DNA of 64,000 nucleotides from an uncultured Desulfobacula sp. (GTDB lineage Bacteria; Desulfobacterota; Desulfobacteria; Desulfobacterales; Desulfobacteraceae), in contig CAZWSL010000013.1 of the NCBI GenBank assembly GCA_964636495.1, positions 10,537-74,536 of the forward strand. Reading direction: 5' to 3'. Shown in pieces: positions 1-9,394 of the stretch. Position numbers and translations under genes: made by a program. The first letter of the stretch is position 1; the number at the start of each line of letters is the position of its first letter. A model generated the notes under the pieces. It was given only the letters and a program-made list of their open reading frames with translations. It was not told the origin of the DNA and ran no database searches.

Positions 1-34
1 TAAAAAAAGATGTTTATGGGTAATGATATTCTGA

Positions 35-71
35 AATGATCCGGAAAAATATTACATTTCCCCGGATCATT
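35..71 (-). terminator. Possible stem-loop immediately downstream of rplI
   Basis: Perfect 10-bp inverted repeat aatgatccgg (35-44) / ccggatcatt (62-71) with a 17-nt loop, a few nt after the rplI stop (76-78). There is no clean U-run, so the terminator function is uncertain. Confidence 0.3.
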
Positions 72-75
72 GATA

Positions 76-534
76 TTATTTATTATCTTTTTTCTCAGCA
101 ATTACATTTACCGTAATTTCAGGCTCAACATCTTTATAAAGGCGTATGGGCACTTTATACTCGCCAATTGTTTTAATAGGCTCGGCAAGCAGTATGGAAC
201 GCCTTTCCAGTTGAATATCCTGGCTGTTTAAAGAACTTTTTATATCATGGGTTGTGACTGATCCGTAAAGATGTTCTTCTTCATGCACTTTTGCCTTAAT
301 TGTGCATACAACATCCTTAATTTTTTCAGCCATCTCTTCAGCAAGTTTTCGCTCTTTGGCAATCTGAAGTTCAAGTTTTGCCTTTGCCTGTTCCATGACT
401 TTTCTGTTCTGTGGTGTTGCAAGGATGGCTTTGCCCTGGGGTAGAAGATAATTGCGGCCATATCCTGGTGCCACTTTACATTCTGCTCCTGCAATACCAA
501 GTGTGTCAATGGTTTCTTTTAATATAACTTTCAT
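76..534 (-). CDS. rplI: 50S ribosomal protein L9
   Basis: MKVILKETIDTLGIAG...GYGRNYLLPQGKA is a typical L9 N-terminus. I prefer the ATG at 534, which follows a GGAGG RBS, over the TTG at 546 used by the ORF track. Confidence 0.95.
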   Translation of the reverse strand: MKVILKETIDTLGIAGAECKVAPGYGRNYLLPQGKAILATPQNRKVMEQAKAKLELQIAKERKLAEEMAEKIKDVVCTIKAKVHEEEHLYGSVTTHDIKSSLNSQDIQLERRSILLAEPIKTIGEYKVPIRLYKDVEPEITVNVIAEKKDNK

Positions 535-605
535 TTTAACCTCCAAAAAGATTCAGTCTTATTTTAAAAGACTCACTTTTCAATTTATTTTTTTGCAAAT
601 TTGTA

Positions 606-1550
606 TCAAATTTTTCTGAAATTAAACCATGTATCAAATAATCCAATCCCTATCACAATGAGCATGAAAAGAGGTTGAATTGCAATTAGAAAATAAAAAA
701 ACAGTCTCAATGCAAAATGGACCCTCTTTTTGTTGAAAAGATATGATACAACTGCAATTCCCTGGAAAAAATATACAAATAGTAAAATGATTAAACTGTT
801 TTGAGCAATGCTGGTTAGTATACCCAGATTGAAAAAGCTTATGAGAGATACGCCAATCAACCCAAAAACCATATAATCTCTGGCTTTCCACTGATTCAGG
901 TTTTCAATGCTTTTTACAACGATTCCCTTTTGTTTCAGCACTCTTTTGATTAATAAAATATTAATCCACAGCATGGTAAGATATGAAGTGGTAACTATTG
1001 AGGGAAAAATGGACATCAGCAGTCTGGCTGCTTTTTCAAGCATCTGCTGGTCAAACTGAATTTCCGGGTAAAGCTCTGCTGTCCGTGAAAAAAGCTGTGC
1101 TGACAGCATCTGATATCTTGATACATAAGTTGAAATCAACTGGTCAAGTCCCTGGCTTAAAGTCAGTGAGTAGAAAAATATAAGTACAACACAGGCTGAA
1201 AATACAGAAAGAGATGTATAAATAATGATTTTTTCAACACTTAAATGTTTTTCTATGAACTCACCAAGGAAAAAACCTGTCATCAACAGTGAACCAAAAT
1301 AGAGTGTATTCAATGCAAAGTTACCAGTGGCAATAATTAATACTGTCATACTTGCAACCATTATAGCTGCACTTGGATTTCTCCCTGTTTTAAGTCTGTA
1401 GAACAGAACGGGCAATGGAAGGATCATCCAGGCAAATACACCAATAAGTGGCATGATATATATAATGGAAATAATAAGTATGCAAAGGAGAACACCCGTT
1501 AAAATATCCTTCATTGCAGCAGGCTGTATGAATATGCCGGTCATTTGCAT
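606..1550 (-). CDS. Polytopic membrane protein (DUF2232/YybS-like), conserved between rpsR and rplI
   Basis: Highly hydrophobic multi-TM ORF sitting between rpsR and rplI, as yybS does in other bacteria. I moved the start to the internal ATG (MQMTGIF) at 1550 so it no longer overlaps the rpsR 3' end. Confidence 0.7.
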   Translation of the reverse strand: MQMTGIFIQPAAMKDILTGVLLCILIISIIYIMPLIGVFAWMILPLPVLFYRLKTGRNPSAAIMVASMTVLIIATGNFALNTLYFGSLLMTGFFLGEFIEKHLSVEKIIIYTSLSVFSACVVLIFFYSLTLSQGLDQLISTYVSRYQMLSAQLFSRTAELYPEIQFDQQMLEKAARLLMSIFPSIVTTSYLTMLWINILLIKRVLKQKGIVVKSIENLNQWKARDYMVFGLIGVSLISFFNLGILTSIAQNSLIILLFVYFFQGIAVVSYLFNKKRVHFALRLFFYFLIAIQPLFMLIVIGIGLFDTWFNFRKI

Positions 1551-1566
1551 TGCTCTGATATTTTTT

Positions 1567-1830
1567 TTAATACATGGGTCTGCCAACAAAAGGCAGTAAG
1601 GCAATCTGACGGGATTGTTTGATTGCAATGGTTAATTCACGCTGGTGTTTTGCACAGGTACCTGTAATTCTTCTTGGAATTATTTTTCCGCGCTCTGTGA
1701 TGAATTGCCTGAGGGCTTTTGGAACTTTATAGTTAATTTCAAGATCATTGTCCACACAGAATCTGCATATTTTACGGCGCTGGTAAAATCTGTTTTTACC
1801 ACCACTTTTTTGACTATTACGATTATACAT
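1567..1830 (-). CDS. rpsR: 30S ribosomal protein S18
   Basis: RRKICRFC...[33 protein letters not shown] is the S18 signature. Confidence 0.95.
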   Translation of the reverse strand: MYNRNSQKSGGKNRFYQRRKICRFCVDNDLEINYKVPKALRQFITERGKIIPRRITGTCAKHQRELTIAIKQSRQIALLPFVGRPMY

Positions 1831-1852
1831 TATTGTTTTTCTCCACTCTTAA

Positions 1853-2293
1853 TTAATCAGTTTCTTCTTTTGCCTTTTCAACCTGCTCATCATTTTCAGG
1901 AGTGCTTTCCTCAACTATCTCTTCCTCAACAGCCTCTTCATCTGTCTCTTCTGATAATTGCTCCTGATTATCTTTAGCTTCCTGTTCAAGTTGTTCAACA
2001 GTAACTTCATCAGAAAGAAGGAGTGTCATGAATTTTAATACATCATCACTGAGGCGCAGGTTCCTTTCAAGCTCTTTTACAAGACTGCCGTCTCCACCGT
2101 AAGTGGCGCAGAGATAAAATCCGCGTGATTTTTTCTTGATCTCATAGGCAAGTTTTTTATTGCCCCACTCATCAAAATCTAAAAGAATTCCATTTTCTCT
2201 TGAAATGATATTTTTGACCCTTTCATAAAAATTTGTACGAGACTGATCTTTAAGATCAGGGTCTAAAATAAATACTGTTTCATACTTACTCAT
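1853..2293 (-). CDS. rpsF: 30S ribosomal protein S6 with an acidic C-terminal tail
   Basis: MSKYETVFILDPDL...WGNKKLAYEI is an S6 core, followed by a Glu/Asp-rich tail. It lies directly upstream of rpsR. Confidence 0.95.
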   Translation of the reverse strand: MSKYETVFILDPDLKDQSRTNFYERVKNIISRENGILLDFDEWGNKKLAYEIKKKSRGFYLCATYGGDGSLVKELERNLRLSDDVLKFMTLLLSDEVTVEQLEQEAKDNQEQLSEETDEEAVEEEIVEESTPENDEQVEKAKEETD

Positions 2294-2354
2294 TTTTTCT
2301 CCTTACGGATATAAAGCCCTGATACCGAGATCAGAGCAAGGATTAATAAAATAT

Positions 2355-2377
2355 CAACACTTTACTGTAAAGTGTTG
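2355..2377. promoter_or_regulatory. Perfect 10-bp inverted repeat in the rpsF leader / divergent promoter region
   Basis: caacacttta-ctg-taaagtgttg lies 62-84 nt upstream of the rpsF start. It could be an RNA hairpin in the rpsF 5' leader or a DNA operator. Confidence 0.3.
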
Positions 2378-2441
2378 TATGCAAACTTTTACTGATATCA
2401 TAATATTGAATTCAGGTCAATGTTTTTATCGATATCTCAGT

Positions 2442-2458
2442 GAGATATTTGGATTTTA
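2442..2458. promoter_or_regulatory. Candidate operator palindrome upstream of the GntR-family gene
   Basis: atatctca-g-tgagatat has perfect 8-bp arms and ends about 40 nt upstream of the ATG at 2500. GntR/FadR regulators typically autoregulate through short palindromes. Confidence 0.3.
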
Positions 2459-2499
2459 GCTGTTGATTTTCTCAGATCCTTGATATATCTATTTACATC

Positions 2500-3192
2500 A
2501 TGACAAAAGAAAACAGAGGAAAAAGTAAAGATGATTTTACCCATGAGGCTTATATGGGTATTCGCAGGATGTTCTTTTTAAATGAAATTATACCGGGACA
2601 GAAAATTTCCTATGGTGATCTTGCAAAACGTCTTCAAATGAGTACAACTCCAGTTATCCAGGCACTGAAAAGGCTTGAGTATCAGGGGCTTGTACGCCAT
2701 GAACCCAATCGCGGATATTATACAGAAAAGATAAGTTTAAAAGAGATTACAGAAATTTATGAATTCAGGGAGCTGATAGAGACATCACTTTTACCTGTAT
2801 CCATATCCAAAATAGATAAACAGGGCCTGAAAGTGTTGAAATCTGCTCTTGACAACCACCTTGATGCAGTAAGGGATATCTATTTAAAAGACAGACTTTT
2901 AAAGGATATGAAATTTCATCTTACACTTGCAGAACTTTCGGGATGTACCTTACAGATCAATACACTCAATTCACTTTTTGATCTTTTATATCTTAAGTAC
3001 CGTGGTAATATTCTTTTTGTCACACCCATGGATACAGTTGATTCAGAACATATAAAATTATATGATTATGTTGCTGCTTCTGATATTAAGCGTGCAGTTA
3101 AAATTTTGAAACAACACATTTCCAATGTAAAAGAGCATGCTATTCTCAGTGTTAAACGATTGAATGAAGAGAAGAGCATTAAAATAATTTAA
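2500..3192 (+). CDS. GntR-family transcriptional regulator (FadR/FCD-type C-terminal domain)
   Basis: N-terminal winged HTH (ISYGDLAKRLQMSTTPVIQALKRLEYQGLV) followed by an all-helical C-terminal domain of about 150 aa. Confidence 0.85.
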   Translation: MTKENRGKSKDDFTHEAYMGIRRMFFLNEIIPGQKISYGDLAKRLQMSTTPVIQALKRLEYQGLVRHEPNRGYYTEKISLKEITEIYEFRELIETSLLPVSISKIDKQGLKVLKSALDNHLDAVRDIYLKDRLLKDMKFHLTLAELSGCTLQINTLNSLFDLLYLKYRGNILFVTPMDTVDSEHIKLYDYVAASDIKRAVKILKQHISNVKEHAILSVKRLNEEKSIKII

Positions 3193-3221
3193 TAATATTT
3201 TTGATTTAATGGAAAATAGTT

Positions 3222-4073
3222 ATGGAGTTTGAATTTCTTAAAGTGCATGGCCTGGGTAATGATTTTATCATAATGGATGATAGAAAAGGTAAGATTAAAG
3301 CACGCAGTGATTATCCCCGGCTGGCAGAAAAATTGTGTTCAAGAAACTTTGGTATAGGCGCTGATGGTTTAGTTTTTATTCTTGATTCTGTGGATCATGA
3401 TATAAAATTCAAGGTATTTAATTCTGATGGATCCGAGGCGCAGATGTGTGGAAATGCCATAAGGTGTTTTGCAAAATATCTTTATGAGAACAAGATTGTG
3501 GATAAACGGAAAATCAGAGTGGAAACAATGGCTGGAACCATTGTTCCTGAAGTGATTACAGACAGTAAAGATATGGTACACTCCACACGGGTGGATATGG
3601 GGGAACCTGTCCTTTTGTGCAGTGACGTACCTTTTATTAGTGAGAATAAGCACTCTGTAGAAGAGTCACTGCAGGTTAATGGCAGGGCGTACAAAATTAC
3701 TGCCGTTGGCATGGGTAATCCCCATGGAGTCATTTTTGTAGATGATATCAGCAGTGTGGATGTAAACAATATTGGCCCCGCTATTGAAAACCATGAGAGA
3801 TTTCCAGAAAAAACCAATGTGGAGTTTGTTCAGGTTCTTAGCTCAAAAAAGTTAAGAATGAGGGTGTGGGAGAGAGGGGCCGGAATCACTCTGGCATGCG
3901 GTACTGGAGCGTGTGCATCTCTTGTTGCTGCAAATCTTGCCGGAAAAACAGGTGAAAAGGTTGTTGTTCAATTAGATGGTGGTGATCTTGAAATTGAGTG
4001 GGATAAATCTTCAAATCACATTTTTAAAACCGGCCCTGCCACTGAGGTTTTTAAAGGTCAGATAAAAATATAG
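3222..4073 (+). CDS. dapF: Diaminopimelate epimerase
   Basis: FLKVHGLGNDFII, FNSDGSEAQMCGNAIRC and ERGAGITLACGTGACA show both catalytic Cys motifs of DapF. Confidence 0.93.
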   Translation: MEFEFLKVHGLGNDFIIMDDRKGKIKARSDYPRLAEKLCSRNFGIGADGLVFILDSVDHDIKFKVFNSDGSEAQMCGNAIRCFAKYLYENKIVDKRKIRVETMAGTIVPEVITDSKDMVHSTRVDMGEPVLLCSDVPFISENKHSVEESLQVNGRAYKITAVGMGNPHGVIFVDDISSVDVNNIGPAIENHERFPEKTNVEFVQVLSSKKLRMRVWERGAGITLACGTGACASLVAANLAGKTGEKVVVQLDGGDLEIEWDKSSNHIFKTGPATEVFKGQIKI

Positions 4074-4108
4074 AGAAAATTTTCTGTAATATTTTTATCC
4101 GGTCAGTT

Positions 4109-5746
4109 TCAGGCATATTTGGAAATTGACATCTTTTGTGAGCTTACCCTGGTTTTTTCTAACAGTTTAAAAATATGCTTTGGCATACCATACGGAAGAT
4201 CCACAAAGGAAAAATTCTGATTAATGTCAATATTTCCGATATATTTGCTCTCAAGTCCGGATTCATTGGAAATAGCGCCTACGATATTTTTCGGCCTTAC
4301 ACCGTGACAGAGACCAACTTCTATGCGATACCGTTCCATACCTTTTTCAAGAGGAACAATATTGGATTTTTGAGGCAATACTTTTTTTTTGCATCTGAGT
4401 TTGTCTCTGTCAGCTTTCTGCTCGGGCAGTAAGAAAGGCGCTTTGCCATGTGTCAGTTTTGCAAGGGCAGCTGCAATTTTTGTCACAGGCGTATTCTTAT
4501 CAAGAGAATAGGTTTCAATTAATAGTTCGAAAAAATTTAAATCTTCTGATTCAATGGTCCGGCTAATGGCTTTGTTAAAATCTGTTATCCGTTTTTTATT
4601 AATGGTTTTATTGGAAGGGAGGGTGTACTCTCTAATTTTTTGTCTGGTGGCTTTTTCAATCACTTTAAGCATCCAGCGTTCATTCCTGTTTAAAAACAGG
4701 ATGGCTTCTCCTTTTCGGCCGGCCCTGCCTGTTCTTCCTATTCTGTGTATATAGGGTTCAACCTTTGAGGGCATGTCATAGTTGATTACATGTGATATTC
4801 TGTCTACATCTAATCCTCTTGCAGCTATATCTGTTGCAACCACGATATCAATATATCCATTTTTCAACCGGCTTATAATCTTTTCTCTTGCACTCTGGGC
4901 AAGATCACCATTCAGGGCTTCAGCTTTAAACCCTTTACTTTCAAGGGCTTTAGCAATATCAAATGTGGACGCCCTGGTTTTGCTGAATACAATTACCCCG
5001 TCAAAGGAGGTGGCTTCCATTATCCGAACCAGGGCATTGATTTTTTTGACACTTTTTATAAGCCAGTACTGCTGTTTTATTGTTTCAAGTTCTGTTCTGT
5101 CTGATTTGACAATAATTTTTTTTGGGGTGTTTAGATATTTTTGAGCAATTTTAAGTATGGGGGGCGGCATTGTTGCTGAAAACAATGCTGTTTGTGAGTG
5201 TTCAGGAGTTTTGTCAAGAATCCATTTTACGTCGTCAATAAAACCCATGTGAAGCATTTCATCTGCTTCATCAAGTATTACACAGGAAAGATCAGATAAA
5301 AAGAGTGTTTTTCTTCTCATGTGATCCATGAGTCTTCCCGGAGTTCCAACGATGACATGCACCCCTTTTTTTAACTGGTTAAGCTGGATTCCATAACTCT
5401 GTCCTCCATATATGGATAGAACACTGAGTCCCTTAAGACCAGTTCCATAGGTCTTGAAAGAGTCAGCTACCTGTATGGCAAGTTCTCTTGTGGGCGTTAA
5501 TACCAGCACCTGGGGTTTTCTTTTTTTTATATCAATCCGGGATAAAAGCGGCAGTGCGAATGCGGCAGTTTTACCTGTACCGGTTCTTGCCTGGCCTACC
5601 ATATCCCTGCCATCAATTAAACAGGGTATTGCAATGGCCTGAATCTGTGTTGGAATTTTATAGCCCACACTCTCTAATGTGTTTAATACAACAGGGCTGA
5701 GGTTCATTTTATCAAATCCCGGCAGGGAAAAAGTATTCTGGGACAT
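4109..5746 (-). CDS. deaD: DEAD-box ATP-dependent RNA helicase with a DbpA/DeaD-type C-terminal RNA-binding domain
   Basis: Q-motif PTQIQ, Walker A ARTGTGKT, DEAD box (LDEADEM), SAT, HRIGRTGRAG, and a C-terminal RYRIEVG...VGAI segment. The start is set at the ATG at 5746 (MSQNTF). Confidence 0.9.
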   Translation of the reverse strand: MSQNTFSLPGFDKMNLSPVVLNTLESVGYKIPTQIQAIAIPCLIDGRDMVGQARTGTGKTAAFALPLLSRIDIKKRKPQVLVLTPTRELAIQVADSFKTYGTGLKGLSVLSIYGGQSYGIQLNQLKKGVHVIVGTPGRLMDHMRRKTLFLSDLSCVILDEADEMLHMGFIDDVKWILDKTPEHSQTALFSATMPPPILKIAQKYLNTPKKIIVKSDRTELETIKQQYWLIKSVKKINALVRIMEATSFDGVIVFSKTRASTFDIAKALESKGFKAEALNGDLAQSAREKIISRLKNGYIDIVVATDIAARGLDVDRISHVINYDMPSKVEPYIHRIGRTGRAGRKGEAILFLNRNERWMLKVIEKATRQKIREYTLPSNKTINKKRITDFNKAISRTIESEDLNFFELLIETYSLDKNTPVTKIAAALAKLTHGKAPFLLPEQKADRDKLRCKKKVLPQKSNIVPLEKGMERYRIEVGLCHGVRPKNIVGAISNESGLESKYIGNIDINQNFSFVDLPYGMPKHIFKLLEKTRVSSQKMSISKYA

Positions 5747-5880
5747 ATAGGGGTTCCTTATAAATAAAAAAGCCGGGATCTCTGTGAGACCTCCGACCTG
5801 ACAAATCAATAATATTAATGGTTATATATATATTGATTCAGTAATTTATGCAAGGAAAAATTTTAATATATTGAAATTAT

Positions 5881-6522
5881 TTATGATTTTATTTGAGTTT
5901 CTATTTTGTGAATGTTGTGGGTGAAGAAGAGAAATGATTTTTTCCTGTATTCTCTTATTTTGCCTCTTATACTGCTATTGTCGGTATCTTCCGGTGTATC
6001 ACTCACATATTTGAATAAAAAACAGGGAGTTTGAAATTTTCTGCAGGTCTGAATGATTGATGCTCCTTCCATATCAACAAGTTCTCCACCATACTGTGAA
6101 ACTTTTTCTCTCTCTTCAGGGCTGACAGCTGCTTTATCTGATGTTGAGAGGATAGCGGTTTCAGCTTTTATACTGTCAATGGTTGGAATATTGTGGATAA
6201 ATGGTTTAGCAGTTCTGAAATCAGGTCTGTCGTGTTCAATGACTCTGTTTATCCGATATATCTCGCCTCTGGGTTTTGACAGGGTAAGGGCACCGGCAGC
6301 TCCAATATTGAAAACAGCATCAGGCTTGAATTTTATACAGCAGTAGGCAGTAGCCATTGCAGCATTTGCTTTTCCTATACCACACACAACAAGTACATAT
6401 TTCTGGTTTTTAAAAACCAGAAACGGTTTTTTTTCTGCCGGTTCAAGAAGCAGCCCTTCAACAAATGGCTTGGCCTCAATCATTGTGGCCATAACGATGG
6501 CTTTTAAAGAATTTTTTTCCAT
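5881..6522 (-). CDS. mqnB: Futalosine hydrolase / nucleoside phosphorylase-family nucleosidase
   Basis: PNP_UDP-fold motifs (CGIGKANAA, GAAGAL, DMEGASI). It overlaps the mqnD 3' end by 19 nt inside an mqn cluster. Confidence 0.7.
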   Translation of the reverse strand: MEKNSLKAIVMATMIEAKPFVEGLLLEPAEKKPFLVFKNQKYVLVVCGIGKANAAMATAYCCIKFKPDAVFNIGAAGALTLSKPRGEIYRINRVIEHDRPDFRTAKPFIHNIPTIDSIKAETAILSTSDKAAVSPEEREKVSQYGGELVDMEGASIIQTCRKFQTPCFLFKYVSDTPEDTDNSSIRGKIREYRKKSFLFFTHNIHKIETQIKS

Positions 6523-7310
6523 TTTGCCATCTGCTCAAGGGTTTTAACTGCCTGATTTCCCTCTTCTCCCAATGATAGAGAAAAACTGTTCACATAGAGG
6601 TTTATATGATCCTGAATCACTTTATCGTCAAGTTCCTGGGCATGGTTTTTAATAAATTCGGCAGACGCACGCTTATTGTCAAAAGCAAACTGAATCGAAT
6701 TTTTTATAATGGACTCAATCATATGTTTTTTCTCCATCAGAAATCTGTCTTTTCTCAGAGCAATGCATCCAAGTGGAATGGGATGGCCGGTCTCCTGCTC
6801 CCACCAGAGACCCAGATCAATGATTTTTTTCAGACCAAAGTCTTTATAGACAAACCGGCTTTCATGGATGATAAGGCCTGCATCAAACTCTCCTGACTCT
6901 ACACCTGCAAGAATGTTGTCAAATCTTGTAATGACCCTGTTTTTTATTTTTGGATTCCATAGGCTTAACAGAAGATTTGCAGTGGTTAATTCACCTGGAA
7001 TTGCTATTTTTGCTGTTTCCAGGGATAAATCAGGGTCTTTGCTTATTAAAAGAGGGCCGCATCCAAACCCGAGAGCTGCTCCTGCATCAAGGATTTCATA
7101 ATATTTTTTTAGCTTTAAATATGCAAAAAAGGAGAGTTTTGTCATATGAAAATTTTTTAGCAGGGCTTTTTTATTCAAAGCTTCAATATCATCCATCAGA
7201 GGCTGAAAATTTAAATTGCCAGTATCAACCAGTCCATGGATCATTGCATGAAAAATAAAAGTATCATTGGGGCATGGTGAAAATGCTGTATGAATCGTTT
7301 TTTCTGTCAT
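6504..7310 (-). CDS. mqnD: 1,4-dihydroxy-6-naphthoate synthase
   Basis: The N-terminal FSPCPNDTFIFHA motif is typical of MqnD, the fold is periplasmic-binding-protein-like, and the gene sits in the mqn cluster. Confidence 0.85.
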   Translation of the reverse strand: MTEKTIHTAFSPCPNDTFIFHAMIHGLVDTGNLNFQPLMDDIEALNKKALLKNFHMTKLSFFAYLKLKKYYEILDAGAALGFGCGPLLISKDPDLSLETAKIAIPGELTTANLLLSLWNPKIKNRVITRFDNILAGVESGEFDAGLIIHESRFVYKDFGLKKIIDLGLWWEQETGHPIPLGCIALRKDRFLMEKKHMIESIIKNSIQFAFDNKRASAEFIKNHAQELDDKVIQDHINLYVNSFSLSLGEEGNQAVKTLEQMAKWKKIL

Positions 7311-7388
7311 TTTCTGTCTAACCTCTGGCTATTGTGTTCATGCTTCATTCTGTTCAATCGCATATCTGTTCCAACCGGATTTTATCAA

Positions 7389-8453
7389 TCAACTATTTTC
7401 AATGATTTTCTGATAGAGTGAATTGCGTTTAAAAGGAATTTTACCGGCATTTTCAATCAGTTTACAAAGTTCTTTCCCGCTGGTGGTGGTTTTTACTCCT
7501 GTGGCTTTAACAACAACCTCTTCAGTGAGTGTTCCCCCCATATCATTTGCTCCCATTGCAAGTGCAATCTGCGCCAGTTTCAATCCTTCAGTGAGCCATC
7601 CGGCCTGGAAAAAGATAATATTATCAAGAAAAATTCTTGAGATTGCAAGGATCTTAAGATAATCAAACCCGGTGGCAGGCAGTATATGGTCCATTTGTGT
7701 ACCAGAGGGAGAAAAAGACCATGGAATAAATGCCTGTATATTGCCGGCAATATCCTGCACATCACGTATCGTCTTAAGGTGACTTATTTTTTCTTCATCA
7801 CTCTCTCCCATACCATAGGTCATGGTTGCAGAAGATTTTATATTGTGTTCTGCAAGGCAGAACATCACCTTGCTCCACTGCTTTACTCCTGCTTTTTTGG
7901 GACTGATTTTTTTCCTGATCCTCTCAACAAGAATATCTGATGCACCTGGCATGGAATCTAAACCTGCTGATATTAACTCCTTTATGACCTTGTCTATTGA
8001 TAGAGACTCTTTTCTGGCAATATGGACTATTTCTGATGGTGAAAATGAGTGAAGCCAGATTTCAGGAAAATGTGTTTTTACAGATGATACCATATTGAGA
8101 TAATCTTTTAACCTGTAATCAGGGTGGAGCCCTCCCTGGAGCATAACCTGAGTTCCACCTGCATGAACCAGTTCACCTGTTTTTCTTAAGATCTGTTCAA
8201 CAGGCATTTCATATGGTTCAATCAGGTTGGCTCTTGCATGGAAAGCACAAAAAGAGCAGCAGGCTTCACATATGTTGGTAAAATTTATAATTCTATCTAC
8301 TATAAATCCCACCTCCCGGGTCGGGTTGACTGCCTGTCTGCGCATGTCAGCAGCCCGGCCGAGTTCAATAATATCCCAGGAAAAAAGCGCTAAAGCCTCT
8401 TTTTCATCTATTCGTTCATTATTGTAGATTTTATCTAACAGTTCGTCTTTCAT
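7389..8453 (-). CDS. mqnC: Radical SAM enzyme of the MqnC/MqnE/CofH family, tentatively cyclic dehypoxanthine futalosine synthase
   Basis: CX3CX2C cluster motif (NICEACCSFCAF), AFIPWSF and GANDMGGT motifs. The MqnC versus MqnE assignment rests on remembered motif differences only. Confidence 0.6.
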   Translation of the reverse strand: MKDELLDKIYNNERIDEKEALALFSWDIIELGRAADMRRQAVNPTREVGFIVDRIINFTNICEACCSFCAFHARANLIEPYEMPVEQILRKTGELVHAGGTQVMLQGGLHPDYRLKDYLNMVSSVKTHFPEIWLHSFSPSEIVHIARKESLSIDKVIKELISAGLDSMPGASDILVERIRKKISPKKAGVKQWSKVMFCLAEHNIKSSATMTYGMGESDEEKISHLKTIRDVQDIAGNIQAFIPWSFSPSGTQMDHILPATGFDYLKILAISRIFLDNIIFFQAGWLTEGLKLAQIALAMGANDMGGTLTEEVVVKATGVKTTTSGKELCKLIENAGKIPFKRNSLYQKIIENS

Positions 8454-8500
8454 GGTTTTTTAAATGTAGGCATGGAGTTATTCAACTCGATCTTACTCTG

Positions 8501-9304
8501 TTAAAAAAAAGTCAGTTCTCTGGTCTCTCTGATTAAATTCAGATTTGCACCTTCTTGATAATAAAACAGTAAAGCCTTTTTTAACTCTTCTGTAAATTCA
8601 AATTTGAGAAGCGTGTAGTATTTATCAATATCATATATGATATCAGGGTATTTTTCCGATGCTTTTTCAATTACTGTTTTCTTGTCTTTTTTAAGACATT
8701 CAAGGGATTTTTTATAGGATGATATGATGGCGTTTAGTTCTGAATAATATTTGTCAACAGCTGTTTTTCTGATTGCAAAAACTGCAAATACAACAGGATG
8801 ACCTGTTTTTCTGAGCCATAAATCACCCAGATCATATGTATAGCTTGGAGGTGTTTTTGCCAGTATCATTGCATCATTGCCAATTAAAAGGGCAGCATCA
8901 AAATCTTTAAGAGGCGGTCTGGGGCCTGTTGTGGTATAAACAGGCTCAGCATTATAATATTTTTTAAGCAGAATTTTTAAAAGGACTGCAGATGTATGTG
9001 ATGCATTTGTTACACCGACTCTTTTATTGTCAAGTTCTTCTATGGGGATACGGGAAGCGAGCGTTACAGAACCTACATATCCGATCGAGCTTAGACAGAA
9101 CTGCGGCAGTATGACAATATCTCTATTTATATCAGCACTGGTTGCTGAAGATATGGGGCTCATGTCAAGTTCTCTGTCTGAAAGTTTCTGGTTTAAAAAT
9201 CCAGGATAGCCTGGAACAATTTCAATCTCTTCCAGCTGATTTCTTTCAAACATGTGATAATAAAATGGATAACAGTTTAAAAAGTCAATATATCCGAGTT
9301 TCAT
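8501..9304 (-). CDS. mqnA: Chorismate dehydratase
   Basis: MKLGYIDFLNCYPFYY is an MqnA-type N-terminus (ISYLN-like motif) on a PBP-like fold, within the mqn cluster. Confidence 0.85.
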   Translation of the reverse strand: MKLGYIDFLNCYPFYYHMFERNQLEEIEIVPGYPGFLNQKLSDRELDMSPISSATSADINRDIVILPQFCLSSIGYVGSVTLASRIPIEELDNKRVGVTNASHTSAVLLKILLKKYYNAEPVYTTTGPRPPLKDFDAALLIGNDAMILAKTPPSYTYDLGDLWLRKTGHPVVFAVFAIRKTAVDKYYSELNAIISSYKKSLECLKKDKKTVIEKASEKYPDIIYDIDKYYTLLKFEFTEELKKALLFYYQEGANLNLIRETRELTFF

Positions 9305-9394
9305 GTGTACTACCTTCTGTTTTTAATTCTTCTGCATTTTTCAGCTGATAAGCAGGTTTAATATTTTTACACGTATTGACGTTGTCTGCAGAAA

